From an uncultured delta proteobacterium (lineage in GTDB: Bacteria > Desulfobacterota > Binatia > UBA9968), in NCBI GenBank assembly GCA_963816145.1, contig CAWFJP010000004.1:320001-384000 (forward strand): 64,000 nucleotides of DNA. The letters run 5' to 3'. Of the stretch, positions 1-9,860 are shown in pieces. Each line of letters opens with the position of its first letter. The stretch's first letter is position 1. The translations under genes and the position numbers were made by a program. The notes beneath the pieces are model-generated. The model was not told the origin of the DNA. It searched no databases and saw nothing but the letters and a program-made list of their open reading frames with translations.

Positions 1-487
1 ACTTTGTCGCTCTGGCTGTCGGGCTCGAAAGCGCTGTTCGATCAGCACCAGGAGATCTTCAAGGCGATGGGCAACAAGATCATCTTCGTCGGCGAGCTGG
101 GCAATGCCAAGCTGGTGAAAAACGCCATGGCGATGTTCGCTGCGGTGGTGCACTTGACCCTGGCTGAGACTTGCGCTTGGCTAAAAAAGGGCGGCCTCAG
201 CGAAGACACCTTTCGCACGATCTCTGAAAAATTCCCAGCAGGATTCGGTCGCCATCGACCGGATCATGGAAATCATCGTCAGCAAGAAGTACAAGCCGCG
301 CAAATCCTGGATGCCTAAAGACGTCGGTTTCGGCCTCGACATGGCGCGCGAGATGGAAGTGCCGATGCCGTTCGTCGCCTTGGCCTACCAGATGTTTTCC
401 ATCGCCCAGGCCACCGGCCAGGACGGCTATGAGGCCACCGGCATCGCCTGCAACGTCTACGACATCATTACCGGGGCAAAAAAATAG
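1..487 (+). pseudogene. 3' part of an NAD(P)-dependent oxidoreductase (3-hydroxyisobutyrate/6-phosphogluconate dehydrogenase family), frameshifted near nt 223
   Basis: ORF 4-318 gives GELGNAKLVKNAM. The frame of ORF 266-487 continues the protein (LKNSQQDSVAIDRIMEII...MPKDVGFGLDMAREMEVPMP). One extra base at acgatctctgaaaaat separates the two frames; this is either an assembly error or a real lesion. Confidence 0.7.
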
Positions 488-497
488 CGAGGCTCCC

Positions 498-1034
498 ATG
501 GCGCTGGCACCGGAACGCTTGTCGCGCTTTCTGACCTTTCTCTTGCGACACAAGCCCAAGGATTATCCCTTGGCGATCGACAGCGAGGGGTTTGCGCCGT
601 GGCGCGATGTCGTCGATCTGGTGCAACAGCGCTTTTACGACGTCACCGAGGGGCAGATGCGCGCGCTGATCGCCGGTGCGGAGAAAAAGCGCTTCGAGAT
701 TCGCGGCGACAAAGTGCGCGCGACCTACGGCCATTCTTTTCCGGTCGATCTCGGCGGCACGGCGGCCGAGCCGCCGGCACAACTCTATTTCGGCGCGGCG
801 CGGGATCTGGCACAGTCGATGCTGCGCCGCGGTCTCGAGCCGCGCGACCGCCAATACGTGCACCTGAGCGTCACGGCGGAGGAAGCCGAGTCAGTGGCAA
901 GGCGCCATGATCCGGCGCCGGCGATTCTCGTCATCGACGCCCAGGCGGCCCACGCCGAGGGGGTGCGTTTCTACGAGTCCGGGCCGCTGTTCCTGGCCGA
1001 GAGCGTGCCGGCGAAGTTTCTGTCCCTGCGCTAG
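498..1034 (+). CDS. kptA: RNA 2'-phosphotransferase (Tpt1/KptA family)
   Basis: Motifs SRFLTFLLRH, KKRF, RATYGHS and RQYVHLS. ATG at 498 follows a GAGG. Confidence 0.88.
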   Translation: MALAPERLSRFLTFLLRHKPKDYPLAIDSEGFAPWRDVVDLVQQRFYDVTEGQMRALIAGAEKKRFEIRGDKVRATYGHSFPVDLGGTAAEPPAQLYFGAARDLAQSMLRRGLEPRDRQYVHLSVTAEEAESVARRHDPAPAILVIDAQAAHAEGVRFYESGPLFLAESVPAKFLSLR

Positions 1035-1284
1035 TTGTAAACCCGTTCGGTTGGTTCGCAACCCGCCCGAGCGATCCCATGAGTAATAATTCCTAATCTA
1101 TTTCCAGTCAGCCGCAGGGACGCGGGTAAATACTGTGGGCAATTTACAAAGTAGGGATTAACGATACAGCGGTGTAACTCTGATATTCCGAGGCGTGCCG
1201 CCGCCAGTAGGCTTTCGACTGAACGGAGCCAACGACGATGATTGGCACTTGGGTCCTGGTTGGTTTTGCGGAAATAAGTCGCAT

Positions 1285-1311
1285 AGATTTCTCGCTACGC
1301 TCGAAATGACA
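1285..1311. repeat. REP-like miniature palindromic element half-site (AGATTTCTCGCTACGCTCGAAATGACA)
   Basis: Resembles a widespread intergenic repeat terminus (TGTCATTTCGAGCG...GAGAAATCT), recognised from memory. Single copy in the window. Confidence 0.4.
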
Positions 1312-1526
1312 GTGGTGGGTAGCGATTATCCCGAACGTAGGGGGAAACGTTGCCGAATTGGACTACCATGGGATCTTTCACGACGAATAATCCGGTTTGC
1401 ACGGGCCATTTCATTCAGTTACATTGACTCCATCATTAGTCGTTCATCCCGAATATTTTTGCTTGAATCCTCCGGACCGGTGGCGAATTTGCCGGCCGGT
1501 GTGGCGGAAAATATTTAAGAAACGTC

Positions 1527-3209
1527 ATGCGAAGTCATCTTAAAACGCTCTTGAGCCAAGCTGTCGAGAAGACGGCAAAGTCGGGAGAACTGAATAATAG
1601 CGAGCTGCCGCCGCTCCACCTGGAGCCGCCGAAGCAGCGCGAGTTCGGCGACTTGTCATCGAACGTCGCTATGCTGTGGGCCAAGAGCGCCAAGAAAAAC
1701 CCGCGGGCGATCGCCGAGGCGATTCTCAAGAATATCGACGATGCCGACGGCATTCTCGCGCGCCAAGAGATCGCCGGGCCCGGGTTTTTGAATTTCGCAT
1801 TCGCGCCGAAGTTTTATTTCGCCCAGTTGCGCGAGGTCGCCGCCGGCAAGCAGGACAAAATCGAAATCGGCCAGGGGCGCAAGGTGCAGGTGGAATTTGC
1901 CAGCGTCAATCCGACCGGACCGCTTCATGTCGGCCATGGCCGGGTGGCGGTGATCGGCGATGTCTTGGCGCGCTTGCACGAAGCCACCGGCTTCAACGTC
2001 GAGCGCGAGTATTACGTCAACGACGCCGGCAACCAGATGGAGAATCTCGGGCTGTCGCTTTACGCCCGTTATCTGGAACAATTGGGCCGTCCAGCCGAGT
2101 TTCCCGAAGCGGGCTACCCCGGCGACTACGTCAAGGAGATCGCAGCTGAGATCGTGGCGCGGGACGGCGACAAGTATCTCCACCAGGACAAGGACGAGGC
2201 GGTAAAGTTCTTTCGCCAGTACGGCGGCGATGCGCTGCTCAACACCATTCGCGGCCAACTGGGCGACTTCGGCATCCGCTTCGATTGTTATTTCAGCGAG
2301 ACGGCGATGCGCGAGCGCAGCGAGGTCGCCCAATCGATGGCGGCGCTGCGCGCGCGCGGCCTGCTCTATTCCCAAGACGGCGCCGAGTGGTACCGTTCGA
2401 CCCAGTTCGGCGACGACAAAGACCGCACGGTGATCAAGAGCGACGGCGAGCTCACTTACTTTGCCGCTGACATCGCCTATCACCGCAACAAGTTCGAGCG
2501 CGGGTTCGACAAACTGATCAATGTCTGGGGCGCCGATCATCATGGCTATGTGCCGCGCTTGAAGGCGGCGATGCAGGGGCTGGGTTACGACGCCAACGCA
2601 TTGCAAGTGGTGCTCGTCCAGATGGTTCAATTGAGTCGTGGCGGCGAGCCGGTGCGCATGGGCAAGCGCACGGGTGAATTCGTCGCTCTCGAAGACGTGC
2701 TCCAAGAAGTGGGGCGCGACGCGGCGCGGTTTTTCTATCTCATGCGCAAGTCGGACAGCCATCTCGACTTCGATCTGGAGCTGGCGAAAAAGCAGTCGAG
2801 CGACAATCCGGTGTTCTACGTCCAGTACGCCCACGCGCGGGTGGCGAGTATTTTCGAGCAAGCGGCAAAAAGTGGCGTCGCCCTCGGCGCCCCCGAGTCG
2901 GTGCCGGTAGAGCGCTTGGAGCTGGCCGAAGAGTTGGAGTTGATCCGCCAGATGATTCAATTCAACGATGTCTTGGAGGAGTCGGTGCGCGAACTCGAAC
3001 CGCACCGTATGGTATTCTATTTACTGGAAATCGCCGGTGAGTTTCATCGTTACTACAACCGCAACCGGGTGGTGTCCGACGATGTCGACTTGAGCCGGGC
3101 GCGTTTGTTATTGTTGGCCAACATTCAAAAGACGATTCGCAAAGGCTTGGAGATCCTCGGTGTCGACGCACCGATGAAAATGGCTGCGAAGGCGGAAACC
3201 GAAGCTTGA
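1527..3209 (+). CDS. argS: arginyl-tRNA synthetase
   Basis: EFASVNPTGPLHVGHGR (HIGH motif), WGADHHGY, MGKRTG, NPVFYVQYAHAR. Confidence 0.98.
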   Translation: MRSHLKTLLSQAVEKTAKSGELNNSELPPLHLEPPKQREFGDLSSNVAMLWAKSAKKNPRAIAEAILKNIDDADGILARQEIAGPGFLNFAFAPKFYFAQLREVAAGKQDKIEIGQGRKVQVEFASVNPTGPLHVGHGRVAVIGDVLARLHEATGFNVEREYYVNDAGNQMENLGLSLYARYLEQLGRPAEFPEAGYPGDYVKEIAAEIVARDGDKYLHQDKDEAVKFFRQYGGDALLNTIRGQLGDFGIRFDCYFSETAMRERSEVAQSMAALRARGLLYSQDGAEWYRSTQFGDDKDRTVIKSDGELTYFAADIAYHRNKFERGFDKLINVWGADHHGYVPRLKAAMQGLGYDANALQVVLVQMVQLSRGGEPVRMGKRTGEFVALEDVLQEVGRDAARFFYLMRKSDSHLDFDLELAKKQSSDNPVFYVQYAHARVASIFEQAAKSGVALGAPESVPVERLELAEELELIRQMIQFNDVLEESVRELEPHRMVFYLLEIAGEFHRYYNRNRVVSDDVDLSRARLLLLANIQKTIRKGLEILGVDAPMKMAAKAETEA

Positions 3210-3240
3210 CCAGGCGAGACAAGGCGAGAGGTTAATCGAA

Positions 3241-3939
3241 ATGGCGGAGAATCGTAGAGGCAAAGACAGCCGATATTACCTGAGTCGCGGCCAGATGATT
3301 ATTCTCGGCGGCACTTTCACCTTGGCTTCGGTGGTGATCTTTCTCATCGGCATGATGGTGGGCAAGGTGATCGAGGAGCGGAAGATCCAAAAAAAGGATG
3401 AGCCCCTGGTGAAAATGCCGGTCAAGCCCGCCGGTGCCGCAGGTGGCGCGGCAGCGAAAAACGATGAGATCACCTTCTACGATACCTTGGCGAAGTCCCG
3501 CAGTGCTCAGGCACTGACCGAGCAACCGACCAAGGAGGTCAAACCGGCCGAAAAAACCGTCCGCGCCGAGGACAAAGAAACTAAAGCCGCCGTCAAAGCC
3601 GACACGCAGCTGGCCAAGCCGACGGAAAACAAAGCGGCTAAACCCCAGCCACCGGCTGAGATCACTAAGACGGAGTCCACCGAGTCCACCGATACCGCCG
3701 AAGGAAAAGTTTGGCGCGCCCAAGTGGACGCATTTCCCGACGAGCGGTCGGCGAAACAGTTGGTTGATCGACTGAAAAATAAGGGCTACAACGCCTATGT
3801 TAGTGAGGTGCAATATCGCGGCAAGCCCTGGTATCGGGTCAGCGTCGGCAAATACGGCGCACGCGAGGAAGCCGACAAAGTCGTGAGCGCGCTCAAGGGC
3901 AAAGAAAACTATGCGAAAGCGTTCGCCGCGTCCAAGTGA
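3241..3939 (+). CDS. SPOR-domain cell division protein (FtsN/DedD-like)
   Basis: N-terminal TM helix, ITFYDTL motif, low-complexity linker and C-terminal SPOR domain (WYRVSVGKY). Typical position downstream of argS. Confidence 0.85.
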   Translation: MAENRRGKDSRYYLSRGQMIILGGTFTLASVVIFLIGMMVGKVIEERKIQKKDEPLVKMPVKPAGAAGGAAAKNDEITFYDTLAKSRSAQALTEQPTKEVKPAEKTVRAEDKETKAAVKADTQLAKPTENKAAKPQPPAEITKTESTESTDTAEGKVWRAQVDAFPDERSAKQLVDRLKNKGYNAYVSEVQYRGKPWYRVSVGKYGAREEADKVVSALKGKENYAKAFAASK

Positions 3940-3956
3940 GCAGGGCGACACAGACC

Positions 3957-4973
3957 ATGAACATACGCGAAGCCATCGATAAGTTAGTCAACCGGATCAA
4001 CTTGACTGAAGCGCAGACCGTCGATGTTATGAACCAAATCATGACCGGCGAGGCGACGCCGCTGCAGGTGGCGTCCTTTCTGACCGCGCTGCGCATGAAA
4101 GGCGAAACCGTCGATGAGGTCACCGGAGCGGCGCGGGTTATGCGCGAAAAGGCGCATCGGGTCAATGTCGGCGGCAAGACCGTGCTCGATACCTGCGGCA
4201 CCGGCGGTGATCAAACGGGCACATTCAATATCTCAACGACATGCGCATTCGTGGTCGCTGGCGCCGGCGTCAATGTCGCCAAGCACGGCAACCGTTCAGT
4301 GTCGAGCCAATCGGGCAGCGCTGATGTGTTGGGCGCATTAGGCGTCAAAGTCGATGCGCCAAAAGAGCGCGTCGAGCATTGCATCGCCAAGATCGGCATC
4401 GGTTTCCTGTTCGCCCCGCTGCTCCATGAAGCGATGAAGTACGCGGTGCAGCCGCGCCGCGACATCGGTATTCGCACCATCTTTAATTTACTCGGGCCGC
4501 TGACCAATCCGGCCATGGCGACCCAGCAGCTGATCGGCATCTACAGTGGCGACTTGGTCGGCATGGTTGCCAACGTTCTGAAGAATCTTGGCAGTGCGCG
4601 GGCGATGGTCGTGCATGGACTCGAGGGCTTGGATGAAATCTCTCTGTGCGGGCCGACCCAAGTAGCCGAGCTGCGCGACGGCGCCGTCAAAGAATTCCAA
4701 ATCGAGCCCGAACAGTTCGGTCTCAAACGCTGCGTTTTAGCGGACCTGCATGGCGGCAGCGCCGAGGAGAGCGCGGTGATTGTCCGCGCCGTCCTCGATG
4801 GCAAGAGCGGTGCGCCGCGCGATGTCGTGCTGTTAAACAGCGGCGCGGCGCTTTACGTCAGCGGCAGTGCCGCCAATCTGCCGGATGGCATCAAACTGGC
4901 CGCCAAGTCCATCGACAGCGGCAAGGCGCGCCAAAAACTCCAGCAGCTGGTCGAGCTGACCAACGCCGCATAG
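3957..4973 (+). CDS. trpD: anthranilate phosphoribosyltransferase
   Basis: DTCGTGGD, FNIST, KHGNRSVSS, GLDEIS. Confidence 0.97.
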   Translation: MNIREAIDKLVNRINLTEAQTVDVMNQIMTGEATPLQVASFLTALRMKGETVDEVTGAARVMREKAHRVNVGGKTVLDTCGTGGDQTGTFNISTTCAFVVAGAGVNVAKHGNRSVSSQSGSADVLGALGVKVDAPKERVEHCIAKIGIGFLFAPLLHEAMKYAVQPRRDIGIRTIFNLLGPLTNPAMATQQLIGIYSGDLVGMVANVLKNLGSARAMVVHGLEGLDEISLCGPTQVAELRDGAVKEFQIEPEQFGLKRCVLADLHGGSAEESAVIVRAVLDGKSGAPRDVVLLNSGAALYVSGSAANLPDGIKLAAKSIDSGKARQKLQQLVELTNAA

Positions 4974-4980
4974 TTGATCC

Positions 4981-5760
4981 ATGGCTGAAATCCTGGCCAC
5001 CATCGCGGCGCATGTGCGTGAAGTCGTTGCCGTGCGCCAGCGCGAACTGCCACTGACCGCGCTGCGCGAGCGCTCGCTGTTTGGCGCGCCCACGCGCGGT
5101 TTTGCCAGAGCTCTGTCCGGTACCAAACGCCACATCGTTGCCGAGGTCAAAAAAGCTTCGCCGTCCAAGGGGCTGATCCGCGCCGACTTCGATCCGGTCG
5201 CCATCGCCAAAGACTACGCGGCCCATGGCGCCAGTGCTATATCGGTGTTGACCGAGGAGCGTTTTTTTCAAGGCGACTTGGCTTATCTCGAACAGATTCA
5301 CGCGAGTGTCGAGGTGCCGCTGTTGCGCAAGGATTTCATGCTCGATCCGTATCAGATCGTCGAAGCGAAAAGCTGCGGCGCTGACGCGGTGCTATTCATC
5401 GCGGCGATGCTTGATGGCCAACTCATGGGCGAACTGCGCCACCAGGCCAGTGAATTACAAATGGACTCGCTGGTGGAAGTGCATTGTGAAACAGAGCTAG
5501 CGGCGGCCTTAAGAGCCGGCGCCCAGTTGATCGGCATCAACAACCGCGATCTGAAAACCTTTGCCGTGAGCTTGGCGACCACCGAACGACTGGCGCCGCT
5601 GGTGCCGGCGGGCATGCCGGCGGTCTGTGAAAGCGGTATCGACAGTATCGAGCAGATCCGCCGAGTCGAGACATTTGGCATCCACGCGTTTCTGATCGGC
5701 GAGTCGCTCATGCGCGCACCCGAGCCCGGTGTGAAGCTCAGCGAATTGTTAAACGGCTGA
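4981..5760 (+). CDS. trpC: indole-3-glycerol phosphate synthase
   Basis: AEVKKASPSKG, LLRKDF, GINNRDL, ESGI, LIGESLM. Confidence 0.97.
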   Translation: MAEILATIAAHVREVVAVRQRELPLTALRERSLFGAPTRGFARALSGTKRHIVAEVKKASPSKGLIRADFDPVAIAKDYAAHGASAISVLTEERFFQGDLAYLEQIHASVEVPLLRKDFMLDPYQIVEAKSCGADAVLFIAAMLDGQLMGELRHQASELQMDSLVEVHCETELAAALRAGAQLIGINNRDLKTFAVSLATTERLAPLVPAGMPAVCESGIDSIEQIRRVETFGIHAFLIGESLMRAPEPGVKLSELLNG

Positions 5761-5767
5761 GGGTTCT

Positions 5768-6403
5768 GTGCCGATGCCGGTCAAGATCAAGGTTTGCGGC
5801 ATTACCAATCTCGGCGACGCCGAGAAGGCGCTGGAGTTTGGCGCGGATATTTTGGGCTTCAATTTTTATCCGCCGAGCCCGCGCTGTGTTACGCCGGGAA
5901 AGGCCAGGGAAATTATCGAGCGCTTGCCGCGCGATGCCTTCAACGTAGCGCTGTTCGTCAACGAGCCCAAAGCGCGCGTGAGCGAAGTGTTGGCGGCGGG
6001 CCGCTGGCCGGATGGACGGCAAGGCTATCGCGGCGTGCAGTTTCACGGCGAGGAGAACGGCGCGTACTGTCAAGGCTGGGATGTGAAAGTGATCAAAGCG
6101 TTTCGCATCAAAGAGCAGGCTTCGCTCGTCGCCTTGAAAGGTTACCCGGCGGACTACTATCTGCTCGATTCCTTTTCCGCGGGATACGGCGGCTCGGGAA
6201 AGATGTTTCCTTGGGAATGGCTCGATGGCATCGACGCCGGCAAGATCCTGCTCTCGGGCGGGTTGCGGGTCGACAATGTCGCCGAGGCGATCCGCAAGAT
6301 TCAACCGTTTGGAGTCGATGTCTGCAGCGGCGTGGAAGCGCGCCCAGGTATTAAAGATCATGGCAAACTCAAAGAATTTATCGATGCTGCCAAAGGTGCC
6401 TGA
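5768..6403 (+). CDS. trpF: phosphoribosylanthranilate isomerase
   Basis: [33 protein letters not shown]. Confidence 0.96.
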   Translation: MPMPVKIKVCGITNLGDAEKALEFGADILGFNFYPPSPRCVTPGKAREIIERLPRDAFNVALFVNEPKARVSEVLAAGRWPDGRQGYRGVQFHGEENGAYCQGWDVKVIKAFRIKEQASLVALKGYPADYYLLDSFSAGYGGSGKMFPWEWLDGIDAGKILLSGGLRVDNVAEAIRKIQPFGVDVCSGVEARPGIKDHGKLKEFIDAAKGA

Positions 6404-7580
6404 CCGGCGCGGCCATTTCGGGCCCTACGGCGGGCGCTATGTGGCGGAAACCCTCATGCCTGCGCTTAGCGAATTGGAGCGTGGCTATGCGCAAGTGCGC
6501 CGGGATGGCGGATTCAAACGCGAACTTGCCTATTATCTCAAAGAGTATGTCGGCCGGGAAACACCGCTTTATTTCGCCGAAAGATTGACCCGCAACCTGG
6601 GTGGCGCCACGGTCTATCTCAAACGCGAGGACCTCTGTCACACCGGCGCGCATAAGATCAACAACACCATGGGCCAGATCCTCCTGGCGCGGCACATGGG
6701 CAAGCGGCGCATCATCGCCGAGACCGGTGCAGGACAACATGGTGTGGCGACCGCCACGGTGGCGGCGCGTTTCGGCATGGAGTGTGAGATCTTTATGGGC
6801 AAGGAAGATGTCCAGCGCCAGTCGCTCAACGTCTTTCGTATGAGGCTCCTGGGCGCCAAAGTGCGCGAGGTCGAATCCGGTAGCCAAACGCTCAAGGATG
6901 CCATGAATGAAGCGCTGCGCGACTGGGTGACCAACGTGCGCACGACCTATTACCTAATCGGCTCGGTGGCCGGGCCGCACCCCTATCCGATGATGGTGCG
7001 GGATTTTCAATCGGTCATCGGCCGCGAGGCGCGTCGGCAGATTCTCAAAAAAGAAGGGCGGCTGCCGGATTATCTGGTCGCCTGTGTCGGCGGCGGCAGC
7101 AACTCAATGGGGCTGTTTTTCCCATTCATCAAAGACCGGCAAGTCAAAATGCTTGGTGTCGAGGCCGCGGGCCATGGACTAGGTTCTGGCAAACACTCGG
7201 CGACTATCCAGCGCGGCGAAGTGGGAGTCTTACATGGCAGCAAGAGCTATCTGCTCCAAGACGACAAAGGCCAAGTTAAGGAAACCCATTCGGTTGCGGC
7301 GGGCTTGGACTATCCCGGTGTCGGCCCTGAACTAAGTTATCTGCGCGACTGTGGCCGGGTGCAGTTCGATTCGGCAACTGACGATGAGGCGATCACCTCG
7401 ATCCGGTTTCTTGCCGAGGTCGAAGGGATCATTCCCGCCCTGGAAAGCGCCCATGCGATCGCCGTGGTGCGGCGCTTGGCGCCTAAACTGAAGAAACGCC
7501 AAATCATCATTGTCAACCTGTCCGGCCGCGGCGATAAGGACATGATCACCGTCGGCGATTATCTCGGAGCGAAGCTATAA
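6384..7580 (+). CDS. trpB: tryptophan synthase beta chain
   Basis: [51 protein letters not shown]. The start overlaps the end of trpF. Confidence 0.98.
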   Translation: MLPKVPDRRGHFGPYGGRYVAETLMPALSELERGYAQVRRDGGFKRELAYYLKEYVGRETPLYFAERLTRNLGGATVYLKREDLCHTGAHKINNTMGQILLARHMGKRRIIAETGAGQHGVATATVAARFGMECEIFMGKEDVQRQSLNVFRMRLLGAKVREVESGSQTLKDAMNEALRDWVTNVRTTYYLIGSVAGPHPYPMMVRDFQSVIGREARRQILKKEGRLPDYLVACVGGGSNSMGLFFPFIKDRQVKMLGVEAAGHGLGSGKHSATIQRGEVGVLHGSKSYLLQDDKGQVKETHSVAAGLDYPGVGPELSYLRDCGRVQFDSATDDEAITSIRFLAEVEGIIPALESAHAIAVVRRLAPKLKKRQIIIVNLSGRGDKDMITVGDYLGAKL

Positions 7581-7584
7581 GAAT

Positions 7585-7662
7585 CGTTCAAAAGTTCAAC
7601 GTTTCAAACGTTCAAGGTTGGACGGGGATCTGCGCAGCCATTGAAGTTTTGAACCTTGAACG
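7585..7662. repeat. imperfect short tandem repeats (GTTCAA-based) arranged as an inverted repeat/hairpin between trpB and trpA
   Basis: Four GTTCAA/TTTCAA units on the left and three TTGAA units on the right. Perfect 11-bp inverted repeat CGTTCAAGGTT (7609-7619) / AACCTTGAACG (7652-7662). Confidence 0.7.
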
Positions 7663-7679
7663 GGCTTGATAATTTAACT

Positions 7680-8492
7680 ATGAGCCGTATCGAAAAAAAA
7701 TTTATTGAATTAAAGCATCGCGGTGAAGCCGCGCTGATTCCCTTTATCACCGCCGGCGACCCTGACTTGGCCATCACGCTCAAGATCATGCGTGCATTGG
7801 AAGCCGGCGGCGCCGACGCCATTGAGTTGGGCATTCCGTTTTCCGATCCCTCGGCGGATGGTCCGACGATTCAGCGTTCGTCGGAACGGGCTTTGCAGAA
7901 CCCGATCACTTTGCCGGCAATTTTCCGGTTGGTGCGCGAGTTCCGCCGCACTTCCGAACTGCCGATCATTTTGTTCGGTTATTACAATCCATTTTTTCGT
8001 TTCGGTCTCGACAAGTTTGCTAATCAAGCGGCGCAAGCCGGCGCCGATGGCGTGCTCTGCGTCGACTTGCCGCCGGAAGAGAGCGGTGAACTCAAGCATC
8101 GCACCGATCGTTGTGGTCTAGACGTAATTTTTCTCCTATCGCCTACCAGCGGTGCGGATCGGCGCCGCTTGGTCGCGCGCCAAGGCCGCGGCTTTATCTA
8201 TTATGTCTCGGTGACCGGGGTCACTGGCGCGCGGCAATCTTTCGATAGTGATCTGCGCCGCCAAGTCGCTCTGGTGCGCAAGGCGACTGCATTGCCGGTG
8301 GGGGTGGGCTTCGGCATTTCGACACCGAAGCAAGCCGCTTGGATCGCCGAGTTCGCCGATGCCGCGGTCGTCGGCAGTGCTTTGGTGCAACGCATCGAGC
8401 AGGGCAGAAGCAAATCTGACAAGGTGAAACAAGCCGGGAAATTCGTCGCCCAGCTCAAACGGGCGATGAAGCAAGCGCGCAAGAAAACCTAG
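7680..8492 (+). CDS. trpA: tryptophan synthase alpha chain
   Basis: ITAGDP, ELGIPFSDPSADGPTIQ, YYVSVTGVTG, VGFGIS. Confidence 0.98.
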   Translation: MSRIEKKFIELKHRGEAALIPFITAGDPDLAITLKIMRALEAGGADAIELGIPFSDPSADGPTIQRSSERALQNPITLPAIFRLVREFRRTSELPIILFGYYNPFFRFGLDKFANQAAQAGADGVLCVDLPPEESGELKHRTDRCGLDVIFLLSPTSGADRRRLVARQGRGFIYYVSVTGVTGARQSFDSDLRRQVALVRKATALPVGVGFGISTPKQAAWIAEFADAAVVGSALVQRIEQGRSKSDKVKQAGKFVAQLKRAMKQARKKT

Positions 8493-8545
8493 CTTTCCCA
8501 AAATGCGCGGAATCCGCCGATAGTGGCCGGGGACTGCCAAGCCGC

Positions 8546-9835
8546 ATGGCCAGTTATTCTGAAACTCTTGATCGGATCTACAACCTGCGCGGTGGCATCA
8601 TCGACCTGCGCCTCGACAGAGTCGCCGGAACGTTAAAGCTATTCGGCTATCCGGAAAGAAAATTCCCCTCCATTCACATCGCCGGCACCAACGGCAAAGG
8701 GTCAACCTCGGCGATTCTCCAGCGGATTCTTTCCCTGGCGGGCTACCGCACGGCTTTGTACACTTCGCCCCATCTGGTGGCGTTTACCGAGCGCATCAAG
8801 ATCGGCGACGATGAAATCACCGAAGCTGAAGTGGTGGCGATCGCCGACGAAATCTGGCAGCGCACCTCGACCGCAGGTATCGGACTCACTTATTTTGAAG
8901 TCGTAACGGTGATGGGGTTTATTTATTTCGCCCGCCACTCAGCCGAGCTGGCGGTTGTCGAAGTGGGCTTGGGCGGCCGCTACGACGCAACCAATGTCAT
9001 CACGCCGCTGGTTTCGCTAATCACGACGATTTCCAAAGATCATGAAGCGTTTCTCGGCACCGACCTTTTGTCGATCGCCGGCGAAAAAGCCGGCATCATC
9101 AAGCCTAGTATACCGGTGGTTTGCGGCGCGGTCGCCGCAGAAATCAAAGAACTGTTTCGCCACACTGCCGAGAAGCGGGGTTCAAATGCGTATTTCTTTG
9201 GTGCAGATTTTGATTTTTCCTTGAAAAATGAAGGGTTTTTCGATTATACAGGATTAAAACAACATTATTATAATCTTCCGCTTCGACTGCATGGCTTGCA
9301 TCAAAGGTATAACGCCTCGGTTGCGCTGGCAGGTTTAGAAGTCGTGCACGATCGATTCCCGGTGACCGAGCACGCGGTCCGCGCCGGCTTGGCAACCGTT
9401 CAATGGCCGGGAAGGTTCGAAGTGATGTTGGAGCGGCCGACGGTGGTCATCGACGGCGCGCATAATGGCGAAGGCATCCTGGCACTGGTCGAAGCGCTCA
9501 AAAGTTATCGCGGGCGCAAGATTAAATTGCTGTTCGCGGCGATGTCGGACAAAGATTGGCGGCTTATGTTGACGCGCTTGATCGGGGTTGTTTCCGAAGC
9601 GGTGTTCACAAGGGTTGCCGTGGAACGGAGCGCTGATCCGGCCGAGTTGGCAAACGGCTTTGCTGGCAGAATTGCTACGCGAGCTCACCCGGACTCAAGA
9701 GCGGCGTTGCGATTATTAATTGACGAATCCGCACCTGACGATGTTATTGTGGTAGCGGGTTCGCTTTATCTTCTCGGCGAAATTCGCCCGATGTTGCAAG
9801 AAATAGCCGCGGCGCAGCCCAAGCTCGCTGGCTGA
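8546..9835 (+). CDS. folC: bifunctional folylpolyglutamate synthase/dihydrofolate synthase
   Basis: HIAGTNGKGS, YTSPHL, EVGLGGRYDATN, WPGRFE, DGAHN, GSLYL. Confidence 0.96.
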   Translation: MASYSETLDRIYNLRGGIIDLRLDRVAGTLKLFGYPERKFPSIHIAGTNGKGSTSAILQRILSLAGYRTALYTSPHLVAFTERIKIGDDEITEAEVVAIADEIWQRTSTAGIGLTYFEVVTVMGFIYFARHSAELAVVEVGLGGRYDATNVITPLVSLITTISKDHEAFLGTDLLSIAGEKAGIIKPSIPVVCGAVAAEIKELFRHTAEKRGSNAYFFGADFDFSLKNEGFFDYTGLKQHYYNLPLRLHGLHQRYNASVALAGLEVVHDRFPVTEHAVRAGLATVQWPGRFEVMLERPTVVIDGAHNGEGILALVEALKSYRGRKIKLLFAAMSDKDWRLMLTRLIGVVSEAVFTRVAVERSADPAELANGFAGRIATRAHPDSRAALRLLIDESAPDDVIVVAGSLYLLGEIRPMLQEIAAAQPKLAG

Positions 9836-9860
9836 GGCGCAGTTGCAGGCAAGAACCACA

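Noticed and set aside
1036-1149. MITE bounded by TTGTAAA/TTTACAA
   Set aside because: A 7-bp AT-rich inverted repeat in single copy is compatible with chance.
1195-1518. 107-aa ORF upstream of argS
   Set aside because: No recognisable motifs, and it runs through a REP-like element and probable promoter or hairpin sequence.
1656-3005. Long antisense ORFs (also 12232-13047, 55075-55890, 35162-35731)
   Set aside because: These are shadow frames of well-supported genes in GC-rich or repetitive DNA.
3940-3956. trp attenuator or leader peptide
   Set aside because: There is no room and no Trp-codon leader. trpD follows the SPOR gene directly, and trpE/G are not in the window.
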